Sequence record: PZ445414.1
Origin: a phage
DNA length: 49,911 nt
Direction: 5' to 3' (one strand)
This document shows positions 36,897 through 45,280 of this stretch, in pieces. The notes beneath the pieces were generated by a model. That model saw only the letters and a list, made by a program, of their open reading frames with translations. It was not told the DNA's origin and searched no databases. The stretch's first letter is position 1; each line of letters opens with the position of its first letter. Position numbers and translations under genes: made by a program.

Positions 36897-37134
36897 AACG
36901 TTCAACTTTTGCGAGAAGTTTCGATCCGTCATGGCTCCAGCATTCGAGCGTCTCAGGATCAAAGTCTAAAGACCTGTGGAATGTGTGACCAATCAGCAGA
37001 TATCCGCCGCGCTGACGAATCTGATAAACCGTTTCGCCAACCGTGAATATTGAAATGTCGCTGTATGTCACCTTGAATCTGTTAGCCAGCATACTCTTTG
37101 GTATGTGGCGAGTGTATTCTACGCCTTGAATCAT
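36889..37134 (-). CDS. hypothetical protein
   Basis: 81 aa; ATGA coupling with upstream ORF. Confidence 0.4.
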   Translation of the reverse strand: MIQGVEYTRHIPKSMLANRFKVTYSDISIFTVGETVYQIRQRGGYLLIGHTFHRSLDFDPETLECWSHDGSKLLAKVERLK

Positions 37135-37496
37135 GAGTATTTCGCCTGGAATAAGTAAGCCCCACCAGCAGAGAAACCAACCTCCTCCCGATACAGAGTG
37201 AATCGGTCGCCGTCCTCGTCAAACACATAGCCAGCAACTCCGCCCAATACGCGCCCTTGTTCGATCTGGTAGCGCTTGCCAGCCTTAAACGTTTTCTTGT
37301 GCTTCATGCTATGGTCTACCCAAGTGCATTTTATCGTTTTGGTCTTGATCTCACGGAAGTCATTAAAATTTGCGTGCTCCCACTTTGCGCCTTTGGTTAA
37401 TTCCTTGACCTGGAAAGCGCCAGTTTCAAAGAATTGAACCTCGTCAACAATGCGAGCTTTCATTAATTTGTTGTCGGCGTTGCGGATAACTTTCAT
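37131..37496 (-). CDS. hypothetical protein
   Basis: 121 aa from ATG 37496 (SD GGAG); coupled to neighbours. Confidence 0.45.
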   Translation of the reverse strand: MKVIRNADNKLMKARIVDEVQFFETGAFQVKELTKGAKWEHANFNDFREIKTKTIKCTWVDHSMKHKKTFKAGKRYQIEQGRVLGGVAGYVFDEDGDRFTLYREEVGFSAGGAYLFQAKYS

Positions 37497-37498
37497 GA

Positions 37499-37705
37499 TC
37501 ATTTCTCCATCCATTTACGATATTTGGTTAACTGGTTCATTGAGGACAAAATGCCTTGCTCTTTCATGTTGCTTGCGCGGTAAATCTCAGCTAAATAAGT
37601 CTCGCCGTTGTATAGATAAACAGAGCCGCGAAAGGTTTTCAGCTTTGGATTATCAAGACCTGCAATCATTGCCAGGAAATCCGCTTTCTTAGTCATGTGA
37701 GCCAT
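37499..37705 (-). CDS. hypothetical protein
   Basis: 68 aa from ATG 37705 after conserved leader and GAGGA; box promoter at 37764-37784. Confidence 0.45.
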   Translation of the reverse strand: MAHMTKKADFLAMIAGLDNPKLKTFRGSVYLYNGETYLAEIYRASNMKEQGILSSMNQLTKYRKWMEK

Positions 37706-37763
37706 TTGTTTTATCCTCAATTCGTTTCGTTGAGAAGATAATAGCGGATCTTATCGACCCGCT

Positions 37764-37784
37764 TTTAACAAAAAGTGCTATTTT
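37764..37784 (-). promoter_or_regulatory. conserved box (minus)
   Basis: minus AAAATAGCACTTTTTGTTAAAA; overlaps MTase stop TAG; TATTAT and leader CTCAACGAAACGAATTGAGGA follow. Confidence 0.55.
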
Positions 37785-38491
37785 GAGTTTGCAAGCCATA
37801 CAGCAATAGCCAGGCCGCGAGGAGTGAGCGAGCGAATCAGTTTTGTTCGCGCTGATTTACCGCCTAATTTCTTCCAGCCTGGATTATCATTCCCAACCGG
37901 ATCCACTGGCAAAGCCTCAGGCATCACAAAGCCGTTACCAGTCCAAAGGCAAGTTTGCTTATTGTAAGCGTCACTCGATGGGATGATATCAGGAAAAGCA
38001 GGGTGAGCTTCATCCTTGATATGGATATAGCCGCCATAGTCGCACGGATGAAATTTGTGATCCGGCTTGCGCCATAGCGTTGACAGCTTGCCTACAGGGT
38101 TTTCGATCATGTACGGAGCACCGAAGTGATCAGCAATCTCCGCCGCAATCTTGCAGGTAGTCGCCGCCTTGACCTGGAAATCTGGATCAATCTCAGCTTT
38201 GCGCTTCCAGTGGCGAGAGCCGGAGTTTGCCAGGTCAGTACATGGAGGAAACGCCATAACGAAATCAGGTTTACCCCAAAGCAGGTTGCACGCGCTCGCC
38301 TTGAAATCCTCGTCAATCCAGGCGTTAACGTAGCTGATATTGGGATGCATTACGCGCACTGACTGGTACGAACCGTGATCGCCTTCATCGGCATTGAAGC
38401 AGACGACTTTATAACCAGCTTTCGCCCACGGCAGCGCCGCATAGCCGGAGCCGTCGAACATTGAGAAAACCAGGCCTTTACGTTCAAACAT
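37778..38491 (-). CDS. DNA (cytosine-5)-methyltransferase-like protein (compact)
   Basis: 237 aa from ATG 38491 (SD AGGTG); motif I-like FSMFDGSGYA, PC motif AFPPCTDLANSG, ENV motif MIENPVGKL. Confidence 0.5.
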   Translation of the reverse strand: MFERKGLVFSMFDGSGYAALPWAKAGYKVVCFNADEGDHGSYQSVRVMHPNISYVNAWIDEDFKASACNLLWGKPDFVMAFPPCTDLANSGSRHWKRKAEIDPDFQVKAATTCKIAAEIADHFGAPYMIENPVGKLSTLWRKPDHKFHPCDYGGYIHIKDEAHPAFPDIIPSSDAYNKQTCLWTGNGFVMPEALPVDPVGNDNPGWKKLGGKSARTKLIRSLTPRGLAIAVWLANSK

Positions 38492-38501
38492 ATCTATCAC
38501 C

Positions 38502-38726
38502 TCAGAACGGGAAGCAACGTTTGCAAGCCGGATCAAAATCACAGCCGCAGTCATTTACAATCATGGTTGGATCGGCAAACATCGCTCCGCTTTCCATATC
38601 CATATCCATATCGCCAAGCGCATCATCAAGCGTGCGCAGTTTATAAGCAACCTCAAGCGCTGCCTCTTTATTTAGTCCAGCCGCCTCCGCCTCTTGCAGA
38701 CGGGCAAAGAAACCATCTTGTGCCAC
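38502..38726 (-). CDS. hypothetical acidic protein
   Basis: 74 aa, GTG start after GGAG; Cys-rich C-terminus (CGCDFDPACKRC). Confidence 0.4.
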   Translation of the reverse strand: MAQDGFFARLQEAEAAGLNKEAALEVAYKLRTLDDALGDMDMDMESGAMFADPTMIVNDCGCDFDPACKRCFPF

Positions 38727-38783
38727 AATTCACTCCTCTAAAACTGGCGGCGCAATTGCCGCCTTTAAACCAATCAGGACTTA

Positions 38784-39011
38784 TCAAGCTTTCCAGGTTT
38801 CGATATACATCGAATTTTCATCCAGGAAGTCGATCACATCTTGCTTTCTGTACTGGCGCAGAGTGCAGCGCGGCGATGTTCCAACGGTGTAGCAGCCTTT
38901 CCCCTCGGTGATGGTCACTTGCTTGATTTTCTCGCCTGGGATATCGCACTTGATGATCACGCGATGATGGCTATCAAGAGTTTTCATGATGTTTTCGGTT
39001 TTGAGTTTCAT
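38784..39011 (-). CDS. hypothetical protein
   Basis: 75 aa; box promoter (variant) at 39068-39087 with hairpin containing TGgTATAGT. Confidence 0.45.
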   Translation of the reverse strand: MKLKTENIMKTLDSHHRVIIKCDIPGEKIKQVTITEGKGCYTVGTSPRCTLRQYRKQDVIDFLDENSMYIETWKA

Positions 39012-39067
39012 TCGTTTATCCTCGCTCGTTGTTGATGGCGCTACTATACCAGGACTCAGCGCCGGAG

Positions 39068-39087
39068 TTTTAACAAAAAGTGCTGTC
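39068..39087 (-). promoter_or_regulatory. box variant (minus)
   Basis: minus GACAGCACTTTTTGTTAAAA; hairpin with TGgTATAGT downstream. Confidence 0.45.
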
Positions 39088-39352
39088 AGTTGTAGATAAC
39101 ACTTTTAATCTTCTTGATCTCGTTAACAAGCTCTTGCTCGTCGTGAATCATGGCTGGCGAGCACTCCCAACAAGCGGAGGGAAGCTTCTTGTTCTTGCCC
39201 TTGATCAGAAATCCGCCCATCAACTCCCAATTGCAGATAAGGCGATCATCGCGCATATCGTACAGGTTGAACAAGTTGCGGCGCTCGCCACTAACATAAA
39301 TCTTCATGCCATTGTTGCGGCAGAATACGCGCAATTCTTTCGTCACTCGCAT
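39086..39352 (-). CDS. hypothetical protein
   Basis: 88 aa; TAATG coupling with upstream ORF. Confidence 0.4.
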   Translation of the reverse strand: MRVTKELRVFCRNNGMKIYVSGERRNLFNLYDMRDDRLICNWELMGGFLIKGKNKKLPSACWECSPAMIHDEQELVNEIKKIKSVIYN

Positions 39353-39546
39353 TATTCACTCTCCAGTACGGTTACAGGCTCCAGGCGCTCCAGCACAACT
39401 TTAAAGTCGGCAAAGAATGTCGGCCTACGTTCGGTTAACTCCGTATAGGTGTCAGTCGCCAGCGTTGCGCGATCACCTTCATAGCACACCACGCGCTTTC
39501 CGTTCTCGCGGCTGATTGCCACCACGCGATAGGTATTCTTGACCAT
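39352..39546 (-). CDS. hypothetical protein
   Basis: 64 aa; translationally coupled. Confidence 0.4.
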   Translation of the reverse strand: MVKNTYRVVAISRENGKRVVCYEGDRATLATDTYTELTERRPTFFADFKVVLERLEPVTVLESE

Positions 39547-39746
39547 TAAATAACCTCCATAACAGTATGCTCGTCACCAGCCAGTGACCAGAGAGTGTTA
39601 GTAAGTTGCTTCACTTTCCAGGTTAGGCCGGAGTGATAGCAGACCATTTCCTCAAGGTCGATTGTGATTTCAACGCCTTTCTTGAAGATTCCGGGTGTCA
39701 GCTCTGGATTGCGGCGAATAACTTTAACCTCGATCTGGTCTTGCAT
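39546..39746 (-). CDS. hypothetical protein
   Basis: 66 aa; box promoter at 39804-39823; conserved leader. Confidence 0.45.
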   Translation of the reverse strand: MQDQIEVKVIRRNPELTPGIFKKGVEITIDLEEMVCYHSGLTWKVKQLTNTLWSLAGDEHTVMEVI

Positions 39747-39803
39747 TTTTTGATTCCTCAGTTGTTTTGTTGAGGCAATGATAGCGCATCGCCTCTGATT
39801 GGT

Positions 39804-39823
39804 TTTAACAAAAAGTGCTATTC
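39804..39823 (-). promoter_or_regulatory. conserved box (minus)
   Basis: minus AATAGCACTTTTTGTTAAAA. Confidence 0.5.
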
Positions 39824-39927
39824 CATTTCAGGAATCTAATCCTGCCTGGTGCGCATGGCCTCGCACGCCCATAGTAGCCATTACACACAGTCACCATAAA
39901 AGTTGAACGTTTCACTCCAACACCTCC

Positions 39928-40191
39928 TCAGTTCTTAACCTGGCTCATGCGATCCATTTCGCGATACCAGACGATCAAATCTTCCAGCGCCTGGAACAAG
40001 TCAGCTTTCTTTGTCTCTTTAATGGTGTCACATACTAGGTTGATATCACATTCCAGCACACCGAGATACTCACCATACTGGCGGCAACCTTCAATGTTGT
40101 CTGCCTTGCTGGTGCGGCGATTGTTACGCTGCGCACGGCAAATCAGGCTGATGATGTTGCTGGTTTCTTTGCTGGTGATGTGATAGGTCAT
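39928..40191 (-). CDS. hypothetical protein
   Basis: 87 aa from ATG 40191 (MTYHITSKE) placed by conserved leader/SD; box at 40248-40267. Confidence 0.45.
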   Translation of the reverse strand: MTYHITSKETSNIISLICRAQRNNRRTSKADNIEGCRQYGEYLGVLECDINLVCDTIKETKKADLFQALEDLIVWYREMDRMSQVKN

Positions 40192-40247
40192 TTCGTTTTC
40201 CTCATTTCGTTTCGATGAATGCATTATGCCAAATCCAGATCACGTAG

Positions 40248-40267
40248 TTTTAGCAAAAAGTGCTATT
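40248..40267 (-). promoter_or_regulatory. conserved box (minus)
   Basis: minus AATAGCACTTTTTGCTAAAA; CATAAT and leader CATCGAAACGAAATGAGGA follow. Confidence 0.55.
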
Positions 40268-40280
40268 CAATCGGTAGTTA

Positions 40281-40390
40281 GATGATTTGGTGATTTTCTG
40301 ACCTGCATTTTGATGGTTAGTTTGATGTGCGTCAGCTTTTGACGAGATTTGATGATTGTTGATTAGATTTGATTGAATTTGATTGTGGGA
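40281..40390. repeat. iteron-like array of ATTTGAT(G/T) repeats
   Basis: TTTGAT at 40309, 40321, 40348, 40358, 40367, 40378 with ~10-12 bp spacing inside 690-bp non-coding AT-rich region. Confidence 0.55.
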
Positions 40391-40554
40391 ATCAGCATGG
40401 TCTGACGATGCCGTTTTTGCGCTCTCGAAAACTCCGCTCTGTTATCTTCTGTTTACACTCGTTTCCTCTTGTTACCGAAAGTGCGGTGGCGTAGTTTGTT
40501 CGCGTTTTTCGCGTAGCAGAAACAAAAAAAACTTTTAATCCCCCTATAAACAAC

Positions 40555-40586
40555 TAATAAAATCAATAGTTTATTTTATATATATT
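40555..40586. repeat. conserved ~30-bp AT-rich element containing IHF-consensus-like AATCAATAGTTTA (copy B)
   Basis: taataaaatcaatagtttattttatatatat; matches WATCAANNNNTTR. Confidence 0.5.
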
Positions 40587-40851
40587 ATATTTGTTTTCAC
40601 TACGTTATACTTGTTCCACATGGTATGGGGTGGTTATGGGATTTTATTATTGGTGGTATTGGTTAATTTATAGGCATGTTCCGCTCAGGATGTGTGCGAC
40701 TCATCATTTCGTTGTGGTTGCTTTGGGTGACATATACATATTGATTATGGCCTCCGAAAAAACTGTAACAGCTGTAACATGCAAAAAACAGAATTTATCA
40801 TCATGCAAATCAACAACTTGCGATAAATTTTGTTTTTCGGCTCAAAAAAAA

Positions 40852-40880
40852 CTTGTGGAAACCGATTGTAACATGCATAA
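40852..40880 (+). promoter_or_regulatory. sigma70-like promoter TTGTGG-N17-CATAAT for rightward early array
   Basis: followed by leader CACCGAAACGAACAAACGGAGG and ATG 40914. Confidence 0.5.
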
Positions 40881-40913
40881 TGCACACCGAAACGAACAAA
40901 CGGAGGTAAAACG

Positions 40914-41339
40914 ATGTCAGATCAATCATTTGGCGACCAGTTGCGTGCAGCGGCGCGAATGCTGGCGAGTGGGGAGCGTGATGAAATTATCATGACCGAC
41001 TACCAGTTACAGCAAGCGTCCGGCAAGGAGAAAATCAACCCAAGCCATATCCGTACAACTATGGCGCGAGAGGTTCGCACCCTGGGGGCTATCAGCGTGA
41101 AGCGCATCACGGATCCGGTTGGCTACGTTTGCACATTCAACCCTGACCCGAAAAAGCGAGCGATTGCCAGCGACGAGCTACCAGCAATCAAGGCGCGTGC
41201 GGCTAACAAGGCACTGAAAGCGATTGCAGACGTGATGCCAAATCTCACATACCTGGAGGGCGAGCAGTTGCAGGGCGCTATCATTGCGGTGCAGCGCTAC
41301 CAGGATTTAATCAAGAAGCAAATCAACGAGGAGGTTTAA
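40914..41339 (+). CDS. hypothetical early protein
   Basis: 141 aa; sigma70-like promoter and conserved leader upstream; SD GGAGG. Confidence 0.5.
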   Translation: MSDQSFGDQLRAAARMLASGERDEIIMTDYQLQQASGKEKINPSHIRTTMAREVRTLGAISVKRITDPVGYVCTFNPDPKKRAIASDELPAIKARAANKALKAIADVMPNLTYLEGEQLQGAIIAVQRYQDLIKKQINEEV

Positions 41340-41341
41340 TT

Positions 41342-41602
41342 ATGTGCAACGAGAAAATCGATCAGCTTGTGGACGAAATCATTGAGACGCACGACCGCGT
41401 CGGATTCAACTCTATCTTTATGGTATGCCCTGACGCGTGCGGCGTAACAGAGAGCGAGCTTAAAGAAGCGGTTGAGCAGGTGGAGTCCGTACTCCGAACC
41501 GATAACCCTGGCGACGAAATCTTTTCAGCCTTGACTGCTTGCGATGGTGGCGGAGTGTTTGCCCTATCATTCATCAATGCGAATACGATCTTGACCATCT
41601 GA
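41342..41602 (+). CDS. hypothetical protein
   Basis: 86 aa; closely follows upstream gene. Confidence 0.4.
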   Translation: MCNEKIDQLVDEIIETHDRVGFNSIFMVCPDACGVTESELKEAVEQVESVLRTDNPGDEIFSALTACDGGGVFALSFINANTILTI

Positions 41603-41608
41603 TTGGTA

Positions 41609-41628
41609 AATAGCACTTTTTGTTAAAA
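41609..41628 (+). promoter_or_regulatory. conserved box + hairpin + ATAATA
   Basis: aatagcactttttgttaaaa; hairpin gcccc...ggggc. Confidence 0.55.
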
Positions 41629-41686
41629 CTGCCCCGCGCGAGTGGGGCATAATAGCCTCAACGAAACGAATTGAGGAGATTGCAAA

Positions 41687-41842
41687 ATGGTTACACTGAT
41701 TACCTGGGAGCACGAGAGCAGCAACGCGGTAGTGCGCGAGTTTGATTCAGTAGCAGCGTGCCACAGCCTGGCCGCTAACGGCGGTTTCTATAAAGCGCAG
41801 ATTGTAAACGAGTTTGGGGTGGTTGATTATGAGTTTCATTAA
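41687..41842 (+). CDS. hypothetical small protein (51 aa)
   Basis: ATG after box promoter, conserved leader and SD GAGGAG; below ORF-track length cutoff. Confidence 0.35.
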   Translation: MVTLITWEHESSNAVVREFDSVAACHSLAANGGFYKAQIVNEFGVVDYEFH

Positions 41843-42038
41843 TGCAAGCGATGTTAAGCCTGGCGTGGTGTACCGCGCCAAATATACAGATCGGCTGTGG
41901 CGCTGGGATGGTGAAACCATGTGGACGAAAGGCGCTGGCGATGTGATTTGGCATCAATCCGGCTGGCCTCACCCAACAATGACGCGCAAGGACATTGCAT
42001 ATTATCTGGCAGTTGGCGAATTCGAGGAGGTTAAATAA
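41829..42038 (+). CDS. hypothetical protein
   Basis: 69 aa from internal ATG 41829 of track ORF 41814..42038. Confidence 0.4.
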   Translation: MSFINASDVKPGVVYRAKYTDRLWRWDGETMWTKGAGDVIWHQSGWPHPTMTRKDIAYYLAVGEFEEVK

Positions 42039-42226
42039 TGCTCAAGACTGTACACCCTGACACGCACGGCGACGAAATGAAAATCTATGATCGCCATGAC
42101 AAGATCCACATTGATGGATGCTTTGACGGCGACAGAGTGGCATGGCGTGGCATTTACACGCCGGATGGAGCGCGAGAAATCGCAAAGCGACTTAATGACC
42201 TGGCCGACATTATGGAGGGCAAATAA
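42038..42226 (+). CDS. hypothetical protein
   Basis: 62 aa; TAATG coupling. Confidence 0.4.
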   Translation: MLKTVHPDTHGDEMKIYDRHDKIHIDGCFDGDRVAWRGIYTPDGAREIAKRLNDLADIMEGK

Positions 42227-42411
42227 TGATCCGATTTAACGCCGACTATCCAGGATTTAAATCTGGCAAGAACTACCAGGCAAAATACGCCATGCATCCA
42301 TATTACGGCTACCTGGCGATCAAAGTTGTAGACGAGGACGGCGACACGCGATATCTACCGTTCGGTCTGCTTGAGGACGGCTCAATCGTTGAGGTGGACG
42401 ATGAAGATTAA
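42226..42411 (+). CDS. hypothetical protein
   Basis: 61 aa; TAATG coupling. Confidence 0.4.
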   Translation: MIRFNADYPGFKSGKNYQAKYAMHPYYGYLAIKVVDEDGDTRYLPFGLLEDGSIVEVDDED

Positions 42412-42751
42412 CGCTCAGGCACGCAACTATGCGCTAAAGCACGGCGTGCATATCTACGGACTGACCAATGAGCAGAGCCGCGCCCTGGTTTTCTACGATA
42501 TCGCCAGCGGTACAAAGCTTTGCACTTACAAGAGCTACAGCGATGATAACCCATTGCAGAAGTCGATCAACTACAAGATGAAGCCGGAAACCTGGCAAGC
42601 GATGCCGGATGATATCCGCACGGCTCAGGGTGTGCAAAAGGCAATCGAGGCGATGGTTGCAACTGGCACGGCGCGACTGCTGGACGAGGACGAATTAGCG
42701 GAAGCACGAAACAAGATCCTGGCGCGGTCAACGGGAGTTGAGATCCTATGA
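42401..42751 (+). CDS. hypothetical protein
   Basis: 116 aa from ATG 42401 after GAGGTGG. Confidence 0.4.
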   Translation: MKINAQARNYALKHGVHIYGLTNEQSRALVFYDIASGTKLCTYKSYSDDNPLQKSINYKMKPETWQAMPDDIRTAQGVQKAIEAMVATGTARLLDEDELAEARNKILARSTGVEIL

Positions 42752-42810
42752 GTAGTTGGCACAATGAGCACGTCATGCAATTCTACCGCCAACGGATAAA
42801 GAAAATCCTC

Positions 42811-42830
42811 AATAGCACGAATTGCTAAAA
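42811..42830 (+). promoter_or_regulatory. conserved box + hairpin containing TATAGT
   Basis: aatagcacgaattgctaaaa. Confidence 0.55.
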
Positions 42831-42891
42831 CACCAGATCGGGGTTGCGCTATAGTAACCCCATCGAAACGAAACACACTGAGGAGCACAAA

Positions 42892-43059
42892 ATGAAATCT
42901 CGCAAATACCGCAACATCTTCAACAACCTGACGTACTGGCTGGAGGACGGCGCTGTCATGGTTAGCAACGGCGAGAAAACAAAGAAATCGCTGTTAAGCG
43001 CAGAGGAGTTTTTCATTGCGGTAGGCCGTGACGTTCTGGTACTGATTGAGGGGGAATAA
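42892..43059 (+). CDS. hypothetical protein (55 aa)
   Basis: ATG 42892 after box promoter, conserved leader CATCGAAACGAAAC and SD GAGGAG. Confidence 0.45.
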   Translation: MKSRKYRNIFNNLTYWLEDGAVMVSNGEKTKKSLLSAEEFFIAVGRDVLVLIEGE

Positions 43060-43062
43060 TAC

Positions 43063-43305
43063 ATGCTATCAATTCGCAACTGGTTTATGCGCTTCATCGG
43101 GAAAGAGGTTGAGGCTTTCGGCTACAACATTCCGGCAAACTTCAAGCGTGCTTGTCCTGGCAATGCCAGCGGGGTTTATTGGGAAATGCCAGACGGCACA
43201 TACTGGTTCACGGTTATTTCTGGAATGCCGATCCAGGTTAGTGAGCGCGACTATGAGCGCGGAACGTGGTTTACAGCAATGCAAGAGGTCGGGGAGGAAT
43301 TTTAA
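43063..43305 (+). CDS. hypothetical protein
   Basis: 80-aa ORF; Trp/Phe-rich. Confidence 0.4.
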   Translation: MLSIRNWFMRFIGKEVEAFGYNIPANFKRACPGNASGVYWEMPDGTYWFTVISGMPIQVSERDYERGTWFTAMQEVGEEF

Positions 43306-43841
43306 TGATCAAATTTGAGCTTTGGGGTTACACATACCATCTGCGCGGCACTTATGGTGTCGCAATCGTTGACCTGGACGGCACGCTTTCGGACGGCACG
43401 CACCGCTTGCACCTGCTGCCAACAAAGGACTTGCACCTCACTGAAAGCTGGAGCGAGTTTAACAAGGCGGCTGCAAACGACAAGCCGATCCAGAGCACGA
43501 TTGATGTTGTGCGCAACCTTTGGCGTGCTGGAATGGGCGTCGTTATCCTGACTGGTCGCAGTGACGAGGTGGAAACCGACACTATCCTTTGGCTAGACCG
43601 CCATAAGGTGAAATATGACTGGCTTATCATGCGCCGCGCCGAGGATAACCGAAAGGACACCGTTATCAAAGAGGAGGTGTTGCGTGCAATAGGTCTGCAT
43701 CATATTACGTGCGCCTTTGACGACTCGCCAAACGTGATCAGCCATTTCCGCAGCCTGGGAATCACAACCTATCAGGTGACGGAATACGACAAGCCTCACT
43801 CTCATTTGCAGAGTCACGGCGTGGATGAATTAGATGGATAA
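43305..43841 (+). CDS. HAD-superfamily phosphatase (DxDGT motif)
   Basis: 178 aa from ATG 43305 (SD GGGGAGG); motif I VAIVDLDGTLSDGTHR as in HAD hydrolases / polynucleotide 3'-phosphatases. Confidence 0.5.
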   Translation: MIKFELWGYTYHLRGTYGVAIVDLDGTLSDGTHRLHLLPTKDLHLTESWSEFNKAAANDKPIQSTIDVVRNLWRAGMGVVILTGRSDEVETDTILWLDRHKVKYDWLIMRRAEDNRKDTVIKEEVLRAIGLHHITCAFDDSPNVISHFRSLGITTYQVTEYDKPHSHLQSHGVDELDG

Positions 43842-44046
43842 GATCGTAACATGGATTTTCGGAGCGGTGATTGCCGCTCTATCCGTCCTGCTGGTGCTCA
43901 TAATTTGGGCGGCGGTATACATGACAGCGAGCGACGATTACACCTGCGAGAAAACAGGCCGCCAAGTTCTTGTTATGATTCCGTCTGGTAAAGTCATGGT
44001 TCCTATCATGCAGGACGAAACTATTTGCAAGAGGGTTGAGAAATGA
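43834..44046 (+). CDS. small membrane protein
   Basis: 70 aa; N-terminal TM helix IFGAVIAALSVLLVLIIWAAV. Confidence 0.4.
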   Translation: MDKIVTWIFGAVIAALSVLLVLIIWAAVYMTASDDYTCEKTGRQVLVMIPSGKVMVPIMQDETICKRVEK

Positions 44047-44258
44047 TTGTGACGCACGATGTAGAGCCAGGCGCGAGCACTGCGCGTGATATGATTGCCG
44101 GAATGCCGCCAAAATCGCACAGAATGGTACGTGTACGCGGTTATAATTTCAATGTCAGCCAAACGCTCAAGGAAATTTTAGCCTTGCCAGAAGTCGATAC
44201 AGCGCTTGTGGGAGTGCATACAAATGAATATGTTTCTTTCCACATTGTGACAAAGTGA
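44043..44258 (+). CDS. hypothetical protein
   Basis: 71 aa; ATGA coupling. Confidence 0.4.
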   Translation: MIVTHDVEPGASTARDMIAGMPPKSHRMVRVRGYNFNVSQTLKEILALPEVDTALVGVHTNEYVSFHIVTK

Positions 44259-44265
44259 GGTTGAC

Positions 44266-44475
44266 GTGATTCTTACAGTAGCTTTTGCCAATCCGCGAGC
44301 GTGCAACATCTTTGGATTCAGGGAGAGGATGCGCATTGAGGCCGAGCGCAACGATAAAGGCATCCTTTACGTCAAATCGCCAAAAACTGGCGTTGCAATG
44401 ATGGTCAAGGAGAATGGAGGCCGGATGTTCATTCGCTCAATGTCAGGCCAGGATCTGGTGACTTTCACAAAATAG
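44266..44475 (+). CDS. hypothetical protein
   Basis: 69 aa; GTG start after GAGG; stop TAG embedded in next box. Confidence 0.35.
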   Translation: MILTVAFANPRACNIFGFRERMRIEAERNDKGILYVKSPKTGVAMMVKENGGRMFIRSMSGQDLVTFTK

Positions 44476-44490
44476 CACGAATTGCTAAAA
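44471..44490 (+). promoter_or_regulatory. conserved box; TATAAT at 44510-44515
   Basis: aatagcacgaattgctaaaa; overlaps upstream stop TAG. Confidence 0.55.
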
Positions 44491-44547
44491 CGCGCTCCGA
44501 TAGGGGCGCTATAATGCACCCATACCAAGCAACGAGAGGAAAACAAA

Positions 44548-44778
44548 ATGAAATATCAAGTATTCAAGGCAGTAGACAAAATCGACGGCGACTTGTCAAT
44601 TTTCGTTTTCGACGAGAATGATAATTACACTGTGATTTTTTATTCTGATTACCTGCTTGGCCGAGTCATTGATCGAATTAAAAATGGGGATGGTTGCGAC
44701 TTGTCGGCGGACTCAATCGAATGCCCGCGCCGAAATGACATGGTAAATCCTGTTTTACTGTGCGAGATTGAAGCATGA
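44548..44778 (+). CDS. hypothetical protein
   Basis: 76 aa; box promoter with TATAAT at 44510-44515 upstream. Confidence 0.45.
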   Translation: MKYQVFKAVDKIDGDLSIFVFDENDNYTVIFYSDYLLGRVIDRIKNGDGCDLSADSIECPRRNDMVNPVLLCEIEA

Positions 44779-44966
44779 AGTGCATCCGGTCAACATACGA
44801 TCTATTCAAGGCGGGTGAGAGCTACCCGCTAATTGAGAAAGGCCAGGCTGGGCGGTTCACGGTGTACGAATACACCGACTCGCAGGGTTGGGTTTACACG
44901 TTCGGCCTAGACGAGAATCTTGAGCAAGAAACAGACGGCAATTTCATTAAATTTACAAAGGAGTAA
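44775..44966 (+). CDS. hypothetical protein
   Basis: 63 aa; ATGA coupling. Confidence 0.4.
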   Translation: MKCIRSTYDLFKAGESYPLIEKGQAGRFTVYEYTDSQGWVYTFGLDENLEQETDGNFIKFTKE

Positions 44967-44970
44967 CAAG

Positions 44971-45201
44971 ATGATTGAGATCAAATTCGATGGCAACTCT
45001 AAGCGATTCAACGGCGTACAGATCCACAAAGATGCAACACACGCGGTAGCTGGTCGCAATTTCGGCACTTATTTTAAGCTAAATGGCGAATGGTATTTCA
45101 CAGTTTTCTCTGGCTACGCGCTGAAAGCAACGGTTGCGTCTCATGACTTTGATATCCGCGATCACATCAGAGACGACGCAAAAATCACAGAGTTTAAATA
45201 G
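44971..45201 (+). CDS. hypothetical protein
   Basis: 76 aa from ATG 44971 after AAAGGAG. Confidence 0.4.
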   Translation: MIEIKFDGNSKRFNGVQIHKDATHAVAGRNFGTYFKLNGEWYFTVFSGYALKATVASHDFDIRDHIRDDAKITEFK

Positions 45202-45216
45202 CACTTTTTGCTAAAG
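45197..45216 (+). promoter_or_regulatory. conserved box; TGgTATAGT in hairpin loop
   Basis: aatagcactttttgctaaag. Confidence 0.55.
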
Positions 45217-45280
45217 ACTTTCCGCGAGGCCATTGGTATAGTGGCCTCATTGAAAGCAATCACGCAAACAGGAGATAAAA

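Noticed and set aside
40591-40995. Track ORF (134 aa) spanning the AT-rich region into the first early gene
   Set aside because: Different frame from the well-supported gene starting at 40914 (SD GGAGG); N-terminal part is AT-rich low complexity.
42748-42828. Tiny ORF (26 codons) between 42401..42751 and the next box
   Set aside because: Very short, weak SD; more likely untranslated spacer leading into the box promoter.
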